A stretch of DNA of 63,015 nucleotides, the filler included, from Welwitschia mirabilis (Eukaryota): the NCBI GenBank assembly GCA_051453625.1. It is 9 parts of one record of this genome, joined end to end, with 100 filler letters (N's around TTAATTAATTAA, not from the genome) between each part and the next. Parts side by side here need not be neighbours in the genome. Positions count along the whole stretch, not along the records: positions 38,065 to 42,542 come from JBOZIK010000001.1; positions 42,643 to 57,278 come from JBOZIK010000001.1; 7 more parts are not named here. One strand, given 5' to 3'. Both the position numbers and the translations under genes were made by a program. The notes under the pieces are model-generated. The model saw only the letters and a program-made list of their open reading frames with translations, was not told where the DNA came from and searched no databases. Of this stretch, positions 38,800-52,392 are shown in pieces (position 1 is the stretch's first letter; every line of letters starts with the position of its first letter).

Positions 38800-41700
38800 T
38801 ACTTATTTGGGCATGGTACAATTCCTAAATCTTTATGCAAATTTTAAATTTAAATTTGTCTAGAGGTTTTATGAAGATATTAGTGAACTAATTTTCCATC
38901 TTGACATATTCTAATTTGATGTTTCTGCTTTGCACATGATCATGAAGGAAATGATGATCAATCTCTACATGTAGTGCTAAATAGAATTCTTTAAAATGTT
39001 AATTACAGTTTTTTTTGTTGCAATACAATAGAATATACTTCTTGATAACACCTTAAAATCTGTAAGTACTTGTCTCATCTATAGAATGTATGTAGAACAA
39101 ATTTTTATAGCAATGTACTATACTTCTATAGTTGAAAGGGTTATGGAATATTTCTTTTTACAACTTCAAGCCACCAAAAATTGACTAAGAAAGTAGCAAT
39201 AAGAACTTGTACACCCTCTATAATATTTGCAAACTATGTGATCTATGTTACAATACCTAAGGAAATTAAGGTAGGAGTCTCTAGGATATGAAAGATCCTA
39301 ATTTGTAGTACCCTTCAAATAATGAAAAACACATTTAATAGCTTTTAGATGTGATTTCCTAGAATCACTTTGATAGTAAGATCATTTTTCAAAACTTAGC
39401 ATTATGTCAGGTCTAGAGGCGATAAGCTAAAGTAAACTATTAATTGTACCTCTCTATACCTTTTAATCCACTTTATTATCAAGAACATCATTGTCTAGTT
39501 TTTCATTTAAGCTCATTAGTATTCCTTTTGGCTTCACATCATAAAACTTATATTTTGTTAGAAAGTTATTAATATATTTAAATTATAAGATAAATATACA
39601 TTTTTTATTTTGCATAACTTGTAATGCAAGACATTTGTTCATCTCATCAATCATGCCCATTTCAAATCCACCTTGCATAAGTTTACTAAAATTCTTACAT
39701 ATAAAATCATTAGTAGCATCAAAGATCATATCATCTACATATATCTATATAGCGATAAAATCATACTTTATAACCTTATCATATATTGTTACATTAGATG
39801 TACCTCTTATAAAACCATTAGCAAGGATATCTTTAGAGAGAGGTTCACACTATGCTCAAGGTGCTTATTTTAAATTGTATAAAACCTTTTTTTAACTTGT
39901 AAACATAATCATTTTTATGTGAATTAATAAAATATTTAGGTTTTTTAAAATATACCTATTCTTTAATAAATTCATTAAATAATACACTTTTAATGTCTAT
40001 TTGATACAACATGAAGACTTTAAAGCATGAAAACACCATCAATATCCTAATTGACTTCATTCTAGCAAGAGATGCAAAGGTTTATTCAAAGTCAATTCCT
40101 TCCTATTGGTTGTAAACTTTGGTAATAAGATGAGTTCTATTTCTAATCACATTTTTGTTCTTATTTGTCTTATTTCTAAAGATCCATGTTATTTCTATGA
40201 TTAATGATTTGAAGGTCTAGGCATTATTTGCTAAACATCATATCTCTAAAATTGGTTTAGCTCTTCTTGCATTATCGACATCTAGTATTCATCATCGTTA
40301 ACATCTTTGAATATTTTAGGATTTATTTGAGAGAAAGATATATAGCATACCCATAAAATTCGTGTAATGATTTTCTTGTTTGATGTCACTGTAGGGGCTT
40401 CTATTGATGTTGCTAAGAGAACGTGCCTTCTTCAACTTGCTCATTTTGGAAGGACTTGATGTGTTTTAATTTTTGTCAATATCTATGTCACTATTAGAAT
40501 CTAACAATTAATCTTCAAAGTATTTTTCATTTTGTTCATCATCTTTATCATTCAGAACACAAGAAGTTTGCATGTAAGGATCATCAATGTCAACATTGAT
40601 GATTTCTTATAGGGTTAGAGTTTATTTGGTATAAACTTTATATGCTTTTATGACCATGAAATACCCAAGGAGGAAACCTTTATCATCTTTGGCATTAAAA
40701 TTTCTAAGCCAATCTTTATCATTTATAATAAAGAACCTTGAAATAAAATTGTAAAATTAACTTATAGAGGGATTTTTACTATATCATAGTTCATAAGAAG
40801 TATTGGTAGTAAATTTGTTTTAATAGAACATTGTTGAAAATGTGACATATGCTATTCATAGCTTCTGTCTAAAAATCACACGCCACTTTTTGATAATGTA
40901 ATGTAGTTCTTATTATCTCATTTAATTATCTATTTTTTCATCCCACAATTCCATTTTATTATGTTATTCTTGAAGTAGAAAATTAATGATATATTCCATC
41001 TTATTCATGAACCTCCTTGATTTGTGCATTTTAAAATTCTTCACCAACGTCACTTTAGATGACCTTAATGGAGTAGCCCTTCTTCTTCTATAATCTAATA
41101 CAAAATTTTAAAAAATATTAAAAGACTTATCCTTATAAGTAAGAATAGGTCTACCCATATAAAGTGAGAATAATAATCAATAATTATAAGATAATAATAT
41201 TTTGTTTTGAGACTTTTAGTTTGAGATGGACCAACTAGATCCAGATACAACATCTCCCAAGGGTGAGAGATAGATATTTACTTTTTTTTTTGTTAAACCT
41301 TAACTTTGTTTTCATTTCCTTCTAACAACCATTACAAACTTGTTTATAAAAAGTCTTAAGTTTTAAAAGTTCTTCCACAAGTTATTTAAATGATAAAGTT
41401 TACATGAGATTCATGTTTACATCCAAAATATTTCTATGTTAGATATTTGTATCATCTAAGTTTCTAAGTAAATACTTAAAATATTTATTAGAAATATCAT
41501 TAAGAGTTGTGACATATACATTTTATTTTCCATGTCTAGCAAATAATACTTTGATGAAATTACAATCCTTAATAGTACAATCATTAATACTTTGTTGGAA
41601 TTAACATTCTAAAGAGTATAGTCATTATTTGAAAAGATAACATAATAATTTAAGTTACAAAGCTGACTAACACTTAAGAAGTTATGTTTTAGTCCTTTAA

Positions 41701-42300
41701 CATAAAATACATCTTTTTTATTTAGGAAGGTTATCACCTCTAATGGTATTAATTTCTATGATGAAAGCTTTAATGTTATCACCAAATTAGATGACATATG
41801 TTTTTGATTAACTAGAGAAGTAAAGATTTATTTGTCTTTCTTCATATGCTAAGAGAAACCACTATCTACATCTCAAATATGTTTCTTTACTTTTCATAAA
41901 GAAATTTAAGTGAAAAAAGCATTGTTGTGATGCTTTAAAATCCATTTCTTTTTGTATCTACCCTACACACATTTCCTAAACCCTTGCTTTGGATTTTGTC
42001 CATTACAAGTGTTTTTTTTCATTAAAAATTAAAGGAAAAAATATTTATGATTCCCTCTTTTTTAGATATTAAAGTAAATAATGTTATTTGAATAAGCTGA
42101 ATGTTCATACCTTAGCTTATATTTCCACTTCAAAAAGAGATTTTTTGATTTTCCTAATAAAGTGCTTGTTGATGCTTTATTTTTTTCCCTAATTCACTTT
42201 ATTCATTTGGCATTCTACTTTACCAAGAATAGTTTTCAAGTCTTTTCCCCCTTGGGTGAATATTTCATTTATGTACTTAAAATCCCATAGCTCTTAGTTT
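38800..42300 (-). mobile_element. Heavily decayed Copia pol (PR-INT-RT-RH), related to the 4094-16896 element
   Basis: Minus strand: protease VDSGFS*HM (~41870), integrase YLDLVGP and KVI*SDVGEEF, GFLLGY, RT YVDDMIF and SRPDIMLS, RNase H end near 38800. The same AGACATCT-rich region follows pol (38390-38650). Confidence 0.85.
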
Positions 42301-42305
42301 ACATT

Positions 42306-42542
42306 TGACAAACTTGGATCGACCCTAGAGGGGGGTGAATAGGTCCTTTTTGAATTTCTGTCTTCTCGTTGTTCAATAACCTGCAAAAACCAATACATAA
42401 AGATATACAAAAATAGGGTATATACTGGTGGATAGACACCACCATTTAGCCTTGTAGACTCCTTGTCCTAGCTGGCATGTATTAACTCAAATGATTGGTT
42501 TTCAAGCTCACCAAATAACCTTTCACAACCAATGAGGATTTT
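42306..42542 (-). repeat. 3' end of a younger Sirevirus LTR nested in the older Copia gag
   Basis: Minus strand shows an intact CTATTCACCCCCCTCTAGG motif ending tttgtca, with no PBS after it. Confidence 0.75.
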
Positions 42543-42642
42543 NNNNNNNNNNNNNNNNNNNNNNNNNNNNNNNNNNNNNNNNNNNNTTAATTAATTAANN
42601 NNNNNNNNNNNNNNNNNNNNNNNNNNNNNNNNNNNNNNNNNN

Positions 42643-45600
42643 TATAATGGTTTTGTCAAATTTGTCCTTATAAAATAGGTGCTGATAAAAGTTTATACTT
42701 TAAATATTGATAAGTACTTAACATTCATCAGTTCAGTTATATTCCACATCCTTCTGTAGAAGATTACTCAAAGGTTTAGCAACTTTACTAAAGTTATATA
42801 TAAATCTTCTATAATATCCACCATGCCCTAAGAAAAATCTTAATTCTTTTAATTTTATTAGGGGTAAAATGTCTTTTATAGTTTTAATTTTTAATTTATT
42901 AGTCTCAATACCTTTTTGAAATATTTTACATCCTAGCACTATGCCTTTTGTCATCATAAGATGACTTTTTGACTAGCTAAGTTTTAGACGTTTTTCTTTA
43001 CATCTCTCTAACATTCTTTTCAATCTATCTAGTGACCAATCAAAATCATTTTCAGAAGCTAAGAAATCATCCATAAATACTTCAATAGATGTTCTTATTA
43101 TATCTTTAAATATGTTATTTACTAATCTTTAAAAAGTAGCAGGGGCATTACATAATCCAAATGGTAATACTTTATAAGCATAAGTACCTTACTAACAAGT
43201 AAAAGTTGTCTTGACTTGATCCTATGAAGATATTAGATCCTAATTATATTTACTAGATCCATCCAAAAAACTATATTATTAATGTTTAGATACCAGTTTT
43301 AAAACTTTATTTGTAAATGGAAGAGGAAAATGATCTTTATAAGTTGCTATATTCAACATTCGAAAATATATACATAATCGCCATTTATTTTCTTTCTTTA
43401 GCACATTGTGATACGACTAACCCATTATAAATAGGATATAGGATAAATGAATCCAACATCTAAGAGTTTAGAAATTTCTTATATATGTGGGTTGCATCTT
43501 GTTTCTGGTTGCCTATTTGATTTGATAGAGGTATATAAATAAATTCTATATCAACATATTTTTGGATCTATTTCTTTAATATTAGTATAATTCCAAGTAA
43601 AAGCTTCTTTTCTTTTTATCAATATTTTTTTAAGTTTTCTTTTAAGAATGAGTTAAACAACTATTTATAATTAAGGATCTATTTGGAGCTACTTTAATAT
43701 ATTTTAATCCTTTCTTAAGTGGGGTCTTTTCTATTTTTTTAAGATGTTAAATCTTTCTCTTCATACTTTTCTTTATTTTTTTCTAACATTAGAATAACTT
43801 ATTGTGTTAAAATTTCATTAGTTCTTGTTTCTATAGTCTATGCCATCTCTTGTATAACCACTACAGCAGACAACTTGATCTCTTTCTTAAGATCTCCTAA
43901 GCTAATTCATCTATAGTAGCCATCCAAAGTCTTTCTAAAATTACTGCATGGGTATCTTCTTAAGTATTCATTACTAAAGAATCTATCAAGTAGATAAATC
44001 CTTAGAGTTTAATGGGTATATCTTTTATAACTTCTTCTGGTATTACTTCTAAATGATCTCCTAAGTATACTTTTCCTTGATAAGGTATTAACTTTGTCTT
44101 TCCCAATTCCTCATAAGTTTCATAGGCATAACATTAATACTTGCTCCTATATCCATAAGTACTTCTACTTTGAGATTTCCATCAATTTTTACATCTATCA
44201 TAGGTGTTCCTTAATTACTATACTTTTTATGTTGTTTATTTTGAAGAACTTGTGTGGAGGCCCAAGAAATCTGGTTTTTCCTAATCATCTCAATTTGTTT
44301 TTCCTTCTTGATTTTCTTTTTATTCCTTTGTTTTAAATACATACTGTTCATTTGTTTCTAGTACATAGTATGTCTTTTAGTAATTTTAAAAGAGGTACTG
44401 ATATCATTATATCTTTTAAAACTTTTATTAAATATTATATATTTTTTAATTTTTGGATGTTCCATTTGTTTACTTCTCATTGGAAAAGGTAGAGGATCCA
44501 TTAATGCATCATCTACTGCTTTCTTTTCTATATTTTTATTTTCATCATTTGGAGAATTATTTAAATTTATTTTCTTTTCTTATGGCTATGTATCACCATC
44601 TAATTCCCAAATCTACTAGTCATTGCTTTACTAGTTACTTTTCTTGGATTTGGTTGAGGTTAAGTAGGAATTTTCCCTCCTTTCTTCTCTACTTCTAATT
44701 TTTCTTTCATATCTATTGAATTTTTGTTTCTTTAATTCTTATAATAATCATATTTTTTTACCTTTTTAAATTCACATACTTTTGTAAAGGCCTTTTTAAC
44801 CTATTTAAGTTTGATTTTCTATATTTATATCTAGTCTATCAATATCTAATTAATGAAAAACTTCCTGCATCCAAGAACATTATGTTCCTTTATAATTATC
44901 TTCTCTATAATGTTCACATGTAGGTCCTTTCTCCTTAAAGTGTTGTATAGCTAACTGATTAGATTTTCCTACTATACTATTAGTCACTTTTTAACCTACT
45001 TTTTCTATAAGGCTAATATGTTTTAAACTATACATATGATCATTTACTTTTGGGATAAATACTTCATTTACCTTTTTCTTCTTTTTACTTTCTTGTTTCC
45101 ATCCTTGACTCATGTTATAAAATTGAGTAATAGCTTCTTCTACTTCTCGAACATTCTTTGTTTTGATGCTTCCTTTATAGCAAGTCTAGTTTCTTCAAAT
45201 TTTGACTTTGTAATCCTCTAAGTAAACTAACCCATTCTCTAGCTACAATTCCATGGTTAGAACATTTAGCTAATAATATACTATACCTATCCATGAATTT
45301 ACCAAAATTTTCATTATCTTTATGTTTAATATTTAAAAATTTTTCTCTTGAGTTTTTAACTAAGAAAGCATTTTAGAATTCCCCATGAATTGAAAGTATG
45401 ATTAGGATTTCTATGATACAATAACTGAGTGTTCCATTTCAAAGATAAAAGGAAATACCTTAGATAATCAAATTCTAAATCAAGATAATTTACTTCACAG
45501 AAGGCCTTAAATAGACTTAAAATTACTAGGGTTCTTATAATTTCTTGCTTTTCAAAGGGGATATTGACATTATATTTATATTTCTCACTTTATCTAAGTG

Positions 45601-46020
45601 TTCTAAGGCTAAAGGATTAATGGGACTTAAGTCTTCTATATCATAACTTAAAGGTCTTAAATCTCCATCATCTTCCCAATAGCATCCTGCTATAAATTTC
45701 TTTTATCTAAGCTAGTTGGGAAGATTTTCCTTCAGTGATAAGTGATTTAAAAGAATAAGCAACTACTATTCTAATTCACTCATTAAGTTAGAAAATATTT
45801 TTTCTTTCATAGTACTTTCAAGAGTGTTTTCATCCATCATAAAATCTTTCTCTTCTATTTTCATTTTAATCCTACTTCCAGTCTACTCATCCAAATCATA
45901 TCTTTTAGAATCTCTAACATACCTACCTTTTTCATCCCATCATTTTCCTTGGATATCTCATTGGATCTTAGTTTTTTTCATCTCTGCTAGTTGATTTAGA
46001 ATAGCCTTCATTCTAGCATT
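42643..46020 (-). mobile_element. Ty3/Gypsy (non-chromovirus, Athila-related) gag-PR-RT, copy 1
   Basis: gag FPF; protease VLMDIGASIN (~44160); RT HFPLPF, LPFGLCNAPATF, VFMDDF (43063-43080); GIVLG..FLGHGGYYRRFI. Confidence 0.9.
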
Positions 46021-46160
46021 AAAATGATGAAAAATTATGTGGTAAAACAATTGCAAAAAANNNNNNNNNNNNNNNNNNNNNNNNNNNNNNNNNNNNNNNN
46101 NNNNNNNNNNNNNNNNNNNNNNNNNNNNNNNNNNNNNNNNNNNNNNNNNNNNNNNNNNNN

Positions 46161-48530
46161 AGAAAATTTACTAAAGTTGGACATAAATATTCTATAATAT
46201 CCAACATGTCCTAAGAAAGATCTTAATTCTTTTAGTTAGATTGAGAGTAAAATATTTTTTGTAGCTTTAATTCTTTTTTTATTAATCTCAATTTATTTTT
46301 GAGATATTTTATGTCCCAAAGATATTCCTTCTATCACATAAGATGACTTTTTGTCTAACTAAGTTTAAGATGTTTCTCTTCATAACTTTCTAAAACAATT
46401 TTTAATCTATTAAGTAAGTCATCAAAATTATTTCCAAAAGTTAAGAAATCATCCATGAATACTTTAATAGATCTTACTATCATATCTTAAAAATTGTTAT
46501 TTACTAATCTTTGGAAGGTAGTAGGGGCATTACATAATGCAAATGGTAATTCTGTATAAGTATAAGTAGCCCAATGATAAGTAAAAATTATCATGGATTA
46601 ATACTTCAAAGTTATTGGAACATGATTATATCCACTATATCCATAAAAAAGATGTAGTATTGATGTCTAGATACTCTTTATAAAACTTGATTTATAAATG
46701 GAAGAGGAAAATGAACTTTATAAGTTTCTATATTCAACATTCACAAATCTATACATACTCTCCATTTATGTATTTTCTTTAACATAACTATACTAGGACT
46801 AATCCATTCTGAATTGGATATAGGTTATATGAGTTCAATATCTAAGAGTTTAGAAATGTCTTATTTAGTTATTTCTTGCATATGTGGATTACACCTTCTC
46901 CCTGGCTATCTACTTAGTTTAACAGAAGTATTTAAATAAATTCTATGTTAACATATTTTGGGATCTATTCCTTTAATATTAGTATGATCCTAAGTAAAAG
47001 ATTCTTTTCTTTTGATCATCATTCTTTAAGTTTTTTTTTCCTAAGAATAAATTAAAAAACTATTATAATCAAAGGTCTATTTGGAGATACTTTGATATAC
47101 TCTAATCCTTTCTTACGTGGAGGCTTTTTTATTTCTTGAGATGCAAAACTTTCTCATACTTTTCTTCAATTTGATTGTTTAACATCATACTAACTTCTTG
47201 TATTAGAATTTCATTGATTTTAGATTATGTATTATGCAACATATTCTCCACAACTGCTACATTAGATAACTTGATCTCTTTCTTAAGATCTTCTAGACTA
47301 ATTTCCATTACCCCTCTTTAAGATTAAATGATAGAATTTGTAGTAGCCATCTAAGGTCTTCCTAAGATTACTACATTAGCATCTTCATAAGTATTAATTA
47401 TCAAAGAATTTATCAAGTAGATAAATCCTTGGAGTTCAATGCATATATCCTTTAGAACTCCTTCTGGTATTACTACTGAACCATACCAGATATACTTTTT
47501 CTTAGTAAGGTATTAATTTTAGCTTTACCAATTTCTCATAGGTCTTATATGTTATCATATTAATAGTTTCCCCTAGATTCACAAGTGCTCTTACTTTAAT
47601 ATTTCAATTTACTTTTATGTCTATCATAGGCATTCCTAGATTACTATATTTTTCATGTTATTTATTTTAAAGAACCTGGGTAGAGGTCTAAGAAACTTGA
47701 TATTTCCTTACCATCTAAATTTATTTTTTATTCTTACTTTCATTTTTATTCCTTTGTTTTGAGAACATGCTCTTCATTTACTTTTAATACATAGGTACAT
47801 CTTTTAGTAATTTTAAAAGAGATAATGACATTATTGTATCTTTTAGAACTTTTATTAAATATTCTATGTTTTTTCCAATTTTTAAATGTTCAATTTGTTT
47901 ACTTCTAATTGGAAAAAGTAGAGGATCTATTGATGTATCAACTACTACTTCTTTCCCTATATTTATCACATCATAAACTAGAGGTATATTTAAATTTGTT
48001 TTCTTTCCTTATTCTTCATCTATTACCATCTATTTTCTAGATATAGTAGTCACTACTTTATTTGTTAATTTTTCTAGATTTAGTTAAGGTTGAGTATAAA
48101 CTTTTTCTTCTTTCTTATCTACATAATTTTTCTTTTATGTCTTTTGAATCTTTGTTTCTTCAATTTCTATAATAGTCATATGGCTTTTGCCTTTTATAAT
48201 TTATATAGTTTTGTAAAGGCTTTTCTGACTTACCTTTCCATTTCCTATTTTGATAAGAAAATGGTATTTTTTTGATTAAGGTTAGTTTCATATATTTAAG
48301 TTTACTCTATTAATATCCAATAATGAACAAATATCTACATCTAGGGACACTTTGTTCTTTCATGATTATCTTCTTCATAATGTTCACATATAGGTCCTTC
48401 TTCGTCTATAAAGTGTTGTACAAATAATTGATCAAATTTTTACACCATATTATTAGTTACTTTTTTAGCTACTTCTTCCATAAGACTGATATGATTTAAA
48501 CTATATGTACTACCATCTATTTTTGGGGTA
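46161..48530 (-). mobile_element. Ty3/Gypsy gag-PR-RT, diverged tandem copy 2
   Basis: Colinear with ~42780-45060; ALVNLGETIN, HFPLPF, LCNAPTTFQR, VFMDDF (46446-46463). Confidence 0.9.
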
Positions 48531-50476
48531 AATATTTTACTAGAAAGTCGTTAAGGGCAACCTTTGACAAGATTGAAATAATTAGTTTAGGAACTTGTAT
48601 TGTATTTTATAATCCCTGAATTAATAATTTCATGTTTTCATTTATGTAATGCACTTAATAACTTAGGTTGATTAGGATAAGTAACAGTTTCTTTGATTGA
48701 TTTAGGTTATGTAAGGTTGATCTTCATGATAGACATTTGGTAGTTAAATAGATATTACATTTAGACAAGTTTGAATTTTGCATTACATTAGTTGTTTATT
48801 TTCTTGTGTTGTTGATTTTTTGTTTGAACCATAAAAGAAAAATACCAAAAATACATTGCTTAAATTAATTATCTATCTTTGAGCATAGTATCTTTAACAT
48901 ATTACATAAGGGGGCATGGCACAACAGTGAGTTGATTAGTAGAATGGAATAGATGGCAAGGCGAGAGTAGAGGCGGTAGTAGGTTATGACAAGAAGCTTA
49001 GGCATGAGTAAGAGAAAGCATGAGATATAGATAAATCTGATACAATAATAGAGGATTTGAATAGCATGAGAGATAATGTATTCAGTAGCAGAGCTGACAT
49101 AATAATGGCAATACAAGAAATGCCAAAGAAGAAGACATAGATGATGTAGAAGGATATAACAAACGATAAATAGCAAAAGAAAAAACAGAGATGCTACCAA
49201 TCCATGAATCAATGTAGGTTATGGTGGTTACAGATGGATGTCCAGCATGGATAGTAAATGCATCACAAATCCATAAGACAATGCAGGTAAAAGGAGCAAT
49301 AAGCATGATAGTGATGTATTCAATGGATACCAAGAAGATCAAGGTAGTAATAGAGTATGAGTGCTAGAAAGGTGATACTGATAGGGCATTAGAAGCAAAT
49401 AAAAAGATGACCAATAAAGGAACAAAGGAACATGGAGCAAAAATAGTGATGCTTGGCCAAACAAGTAGCTTAGGTAATAAAGGAGTAGTGCAGGAGAATA
49501 AGTCTAAGGATGCCAAGTGGTAAGAGAAGTAGCAGGATCTGTAGAGTGGGAATAAGGCACAGGTGTAGATTACAAGTTCAAAAATGATTCAAAAACATAG
49601 CAAAAAAAAATATTATGTTTTCATGTGACTAACTTATTTTCTTTTTACTTATTTTGAAAAATTATAAAGAGCTTGAATCTTGTAACTTATGCAAATATTT
49701 TTTCATGATTATTACTTATTAGTAAGATAAATTTTTGACATGATAAGAAGTTATTATTATGATGAAATGTTAAATGAATTCAGTGAAGAGGTAAAGTAAT
49801 GATTATGGGTTATGGAATTGTAACTATTTTTCTTAAAGAAGTGTCTCTTCATGTCCTCTTCAAGATAGTATCTCTTCATATTTCCTTCATCTTCTTATTA
49901 TATATAGAACTTTCTTTTGTTTTTATTTGTATGCTTTAAAAATCCTCTATTCTTATGTCTTGATAACTATTAAAAAACCTATTGTCATTTATCAATTAAT
50001 GAGTTTTTATAGAGTTAATTATTTTGCAAAGATTTTCTAGCACTGGGAAACTACAAAAGATATCTAGAAAACTAAAATATTATTTAAATAGATACTAAGT
50101 AATATGTGGATAACTAGAAGTAAAATACTAGGCAACTAGACTATTAGTAAGATCAAACTGTTTCAAGACTGGGCAATCATGATTTTAAGTAGGAGTGACC
50201 AGACTGCTAATTAGATAAAGACTAATTTTAAAATAGGTGATTGTTGCACTACCAACTTATATGTATTTGATAGGATATTATGAGTTGTTTTGCAGGTAAA
50301 TTAATAGATCAATGCTTAGTTCTTATGATAATCGAAAGCCAAGATGAAGAGAATGAAAATAAGTAATTTTCAAATAAATTACAAGCATTTTTATGCAAAT
50401 ATGAATAAATGACATTTTGGATAATGATTCCCGTAAACAACAAATGATCAGACTAACTAAAGATTGATAAAAGCCC

Positions 50477-51273
50477 ATCATCCACCTCATTGTTCAGATG
50501 TTAATAGTGTACATCATNNNNNNNNNNNNNNNNNNNNNNNNNNNNNNNNNNNNNNNNNNNNNNNNNNNNNNNNNNNNNNNNNNNNNNNNNNNNNNNNNNN
50601 NNNNNNNNNNNNNNNNNNNNNNNNNNNNNNNNNNNNNNNNNNNNNNNNNNNNNNNNNNNNNNNNNNNNNNNNNNNNNNNNNNNNNNNNNNNNNNNNNNNN
50701 NNNNNNNNNNNNNNNNNNNNNNNNNNNNNNNNNNNNNNNNNNNNNNNNNNNNNNNNNNNNNNNNNNNNNNNNNNNNNNNNNNNNNNNNNNNNNNNNNNNN
50801 NNNNNNNNNNNNNNNNNNNNNNNNNNNNNNNNNNNNNNNNNNNNNNNNNNNNNNNNNNNNNNNNNNNNNNNNNNNNNNNNNNNNNNNNNNNNNNNNNNNN
50901 NNNNNNNNNNNNNNNNNNNNNNNNNNNNNNNNNNNNNNNNNNNNNNNNNNNNNNNNNNNNNNNNNNNNNNNNNNNNNNNNNNNNNNNNNNNNNNNNNNNN
51001 NNNNNNNNNNNNNNNNNNNNNNNNNNNNNNNNNNNNNNNNNNNNNNNNNNNNNNNNNNNNNNNNNNNNNNNNNNNNNNNNNNNNNNNNNNNNNNNNNNNN
51101 NNNNNNNNNNNNNNNNNNNNNNNNNNNNNNNNNNNNNNNNNNNNNNNNNNNNNNNNNNNNNNNNNNNNNNNNNNNNNNNNNNNNNNNNNNNNNNNNNNNN
51201 NNNNNNNNNNNNNNNNNNNNNNNNNNNNNNNNATCATCCACCTCATTGTTCAGATGTTAATAGTGGACATCAT
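50477..51273 (+). repeat. 36-bp minisatellite inside the LTR, mostly hidden by gap
   Basis: atcatccacctcattgttcagatgttaatagtg(t/g)ac on both sides of the N run, each followed by atcat. Confidence 0.55.
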
Positions 51274-52279
51274 CTCTAACTAGTCGATAACTCTTCACAT
51301 GCAGCTCATAGGCAGTTGAACTAGAGCAGACCAAGAGTTCCAATTATCAGTCTTCATCATCTCCTCTTTTGTCCAGATGACCAGAAGGATGATATTATTC
51401 TCTCAAACTTTTACTGAATGTTTTCTTAAGTTATCGCTACTTTATTGTGACTTTCCTTTTCATGTTAGCTAGAGTTTTCTCCATGCTTCTTTGTTAGTTT
51501 TCTTTTTTTTCTGTCTATAAATAAAGGTCTCCCCCTTGATCCCTAATCATCTTTAATAATACCTGATATTCTCGTGATAGAAAATCTTAGGATTGGAGAA
51601 CCATCTTGTAATCTAGAGAGGTATTACCTTGGTGTTGAACAACATATCCTCTATTGAGGAATGACTACTTTATGATATAGATGCTTTTATGCTTTTAATA
51701 CAAATTATCTTCTTTTGTGTTTAATANNNNNNNNNNNNNNNNNNNNNNNNNNNNNNNNNNNNNNNNNNNNNNNNNNNNNNNNNNNNNNNNNNNNNNNNNN
51801 NNNNNNNNNNNNNNNNNNNNNNNNNNNNNNNNNNNNNNNNNNNNNNNNNNNNNNNNNNNNNNNNNNNNNNNNNNNNNNNNNNNNNNNNNNNNNNNNNNNN
51901 AATTTATTTTAGTAGATTATGGTTACAATATTTCTATTTCGAAATCAACTTTATTATTTCCATACTATTAGCCTTTGATAGAATTATGACATTCGGATCA
52001 ATCTTGACTATACTAGCATGTTGTGTTTGTGCATCTTATTTGTAATTAATAGGATTTAGAGCAAGATGTGAAACATACATAAACATGCACTGCAATACTT
52101 TGGCACCATTTCCAGAAAAGGCTGCTTGAAAATTGAGAGTTGTTATTGCTTCCGTGAATATTCTAGATGTTTGTTGCAGNNNNNNNNNNNNNNNNNNNNN
52201 NNNNNNNNNNNNNNNNNNNNNNNNNNNNNNNNNNNNNNNNNNNNNNNNNNNNNNNNNNNNNNNNNNNNNNNNNNNNNNN

Positions 52280-52392
52280 TTACGACATTTGAATCACTCC
52301 GTCTATACTAGCGTGTTGTATTTTACATCTTATTGATAATTAAGAGGATTGAAATTGAAACGTGAACTATTGCATAAATACATACCACAACA
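52280..52392 (+). repeat. 3' end of a related LTR nested in the 5' UTR
   Basis: Similar to 51985-52097 and ends caaca. The host UTR tgcag|aacagtgtatc resumes right after it, as in the minus-strand relatives. Confidence 0.6.

Noticed and set aside
44094-49342. Short hydrophobic ORFs as membrane proteins
   Set aside because: Antisense or low-complexity translations of AT-rich retroelement DNA.
50477-51273. 36-bp repeat as a CRISPR array
   Set aside because: Units appear to abut without spacers, no cas genes, eukaryotic LTR context.
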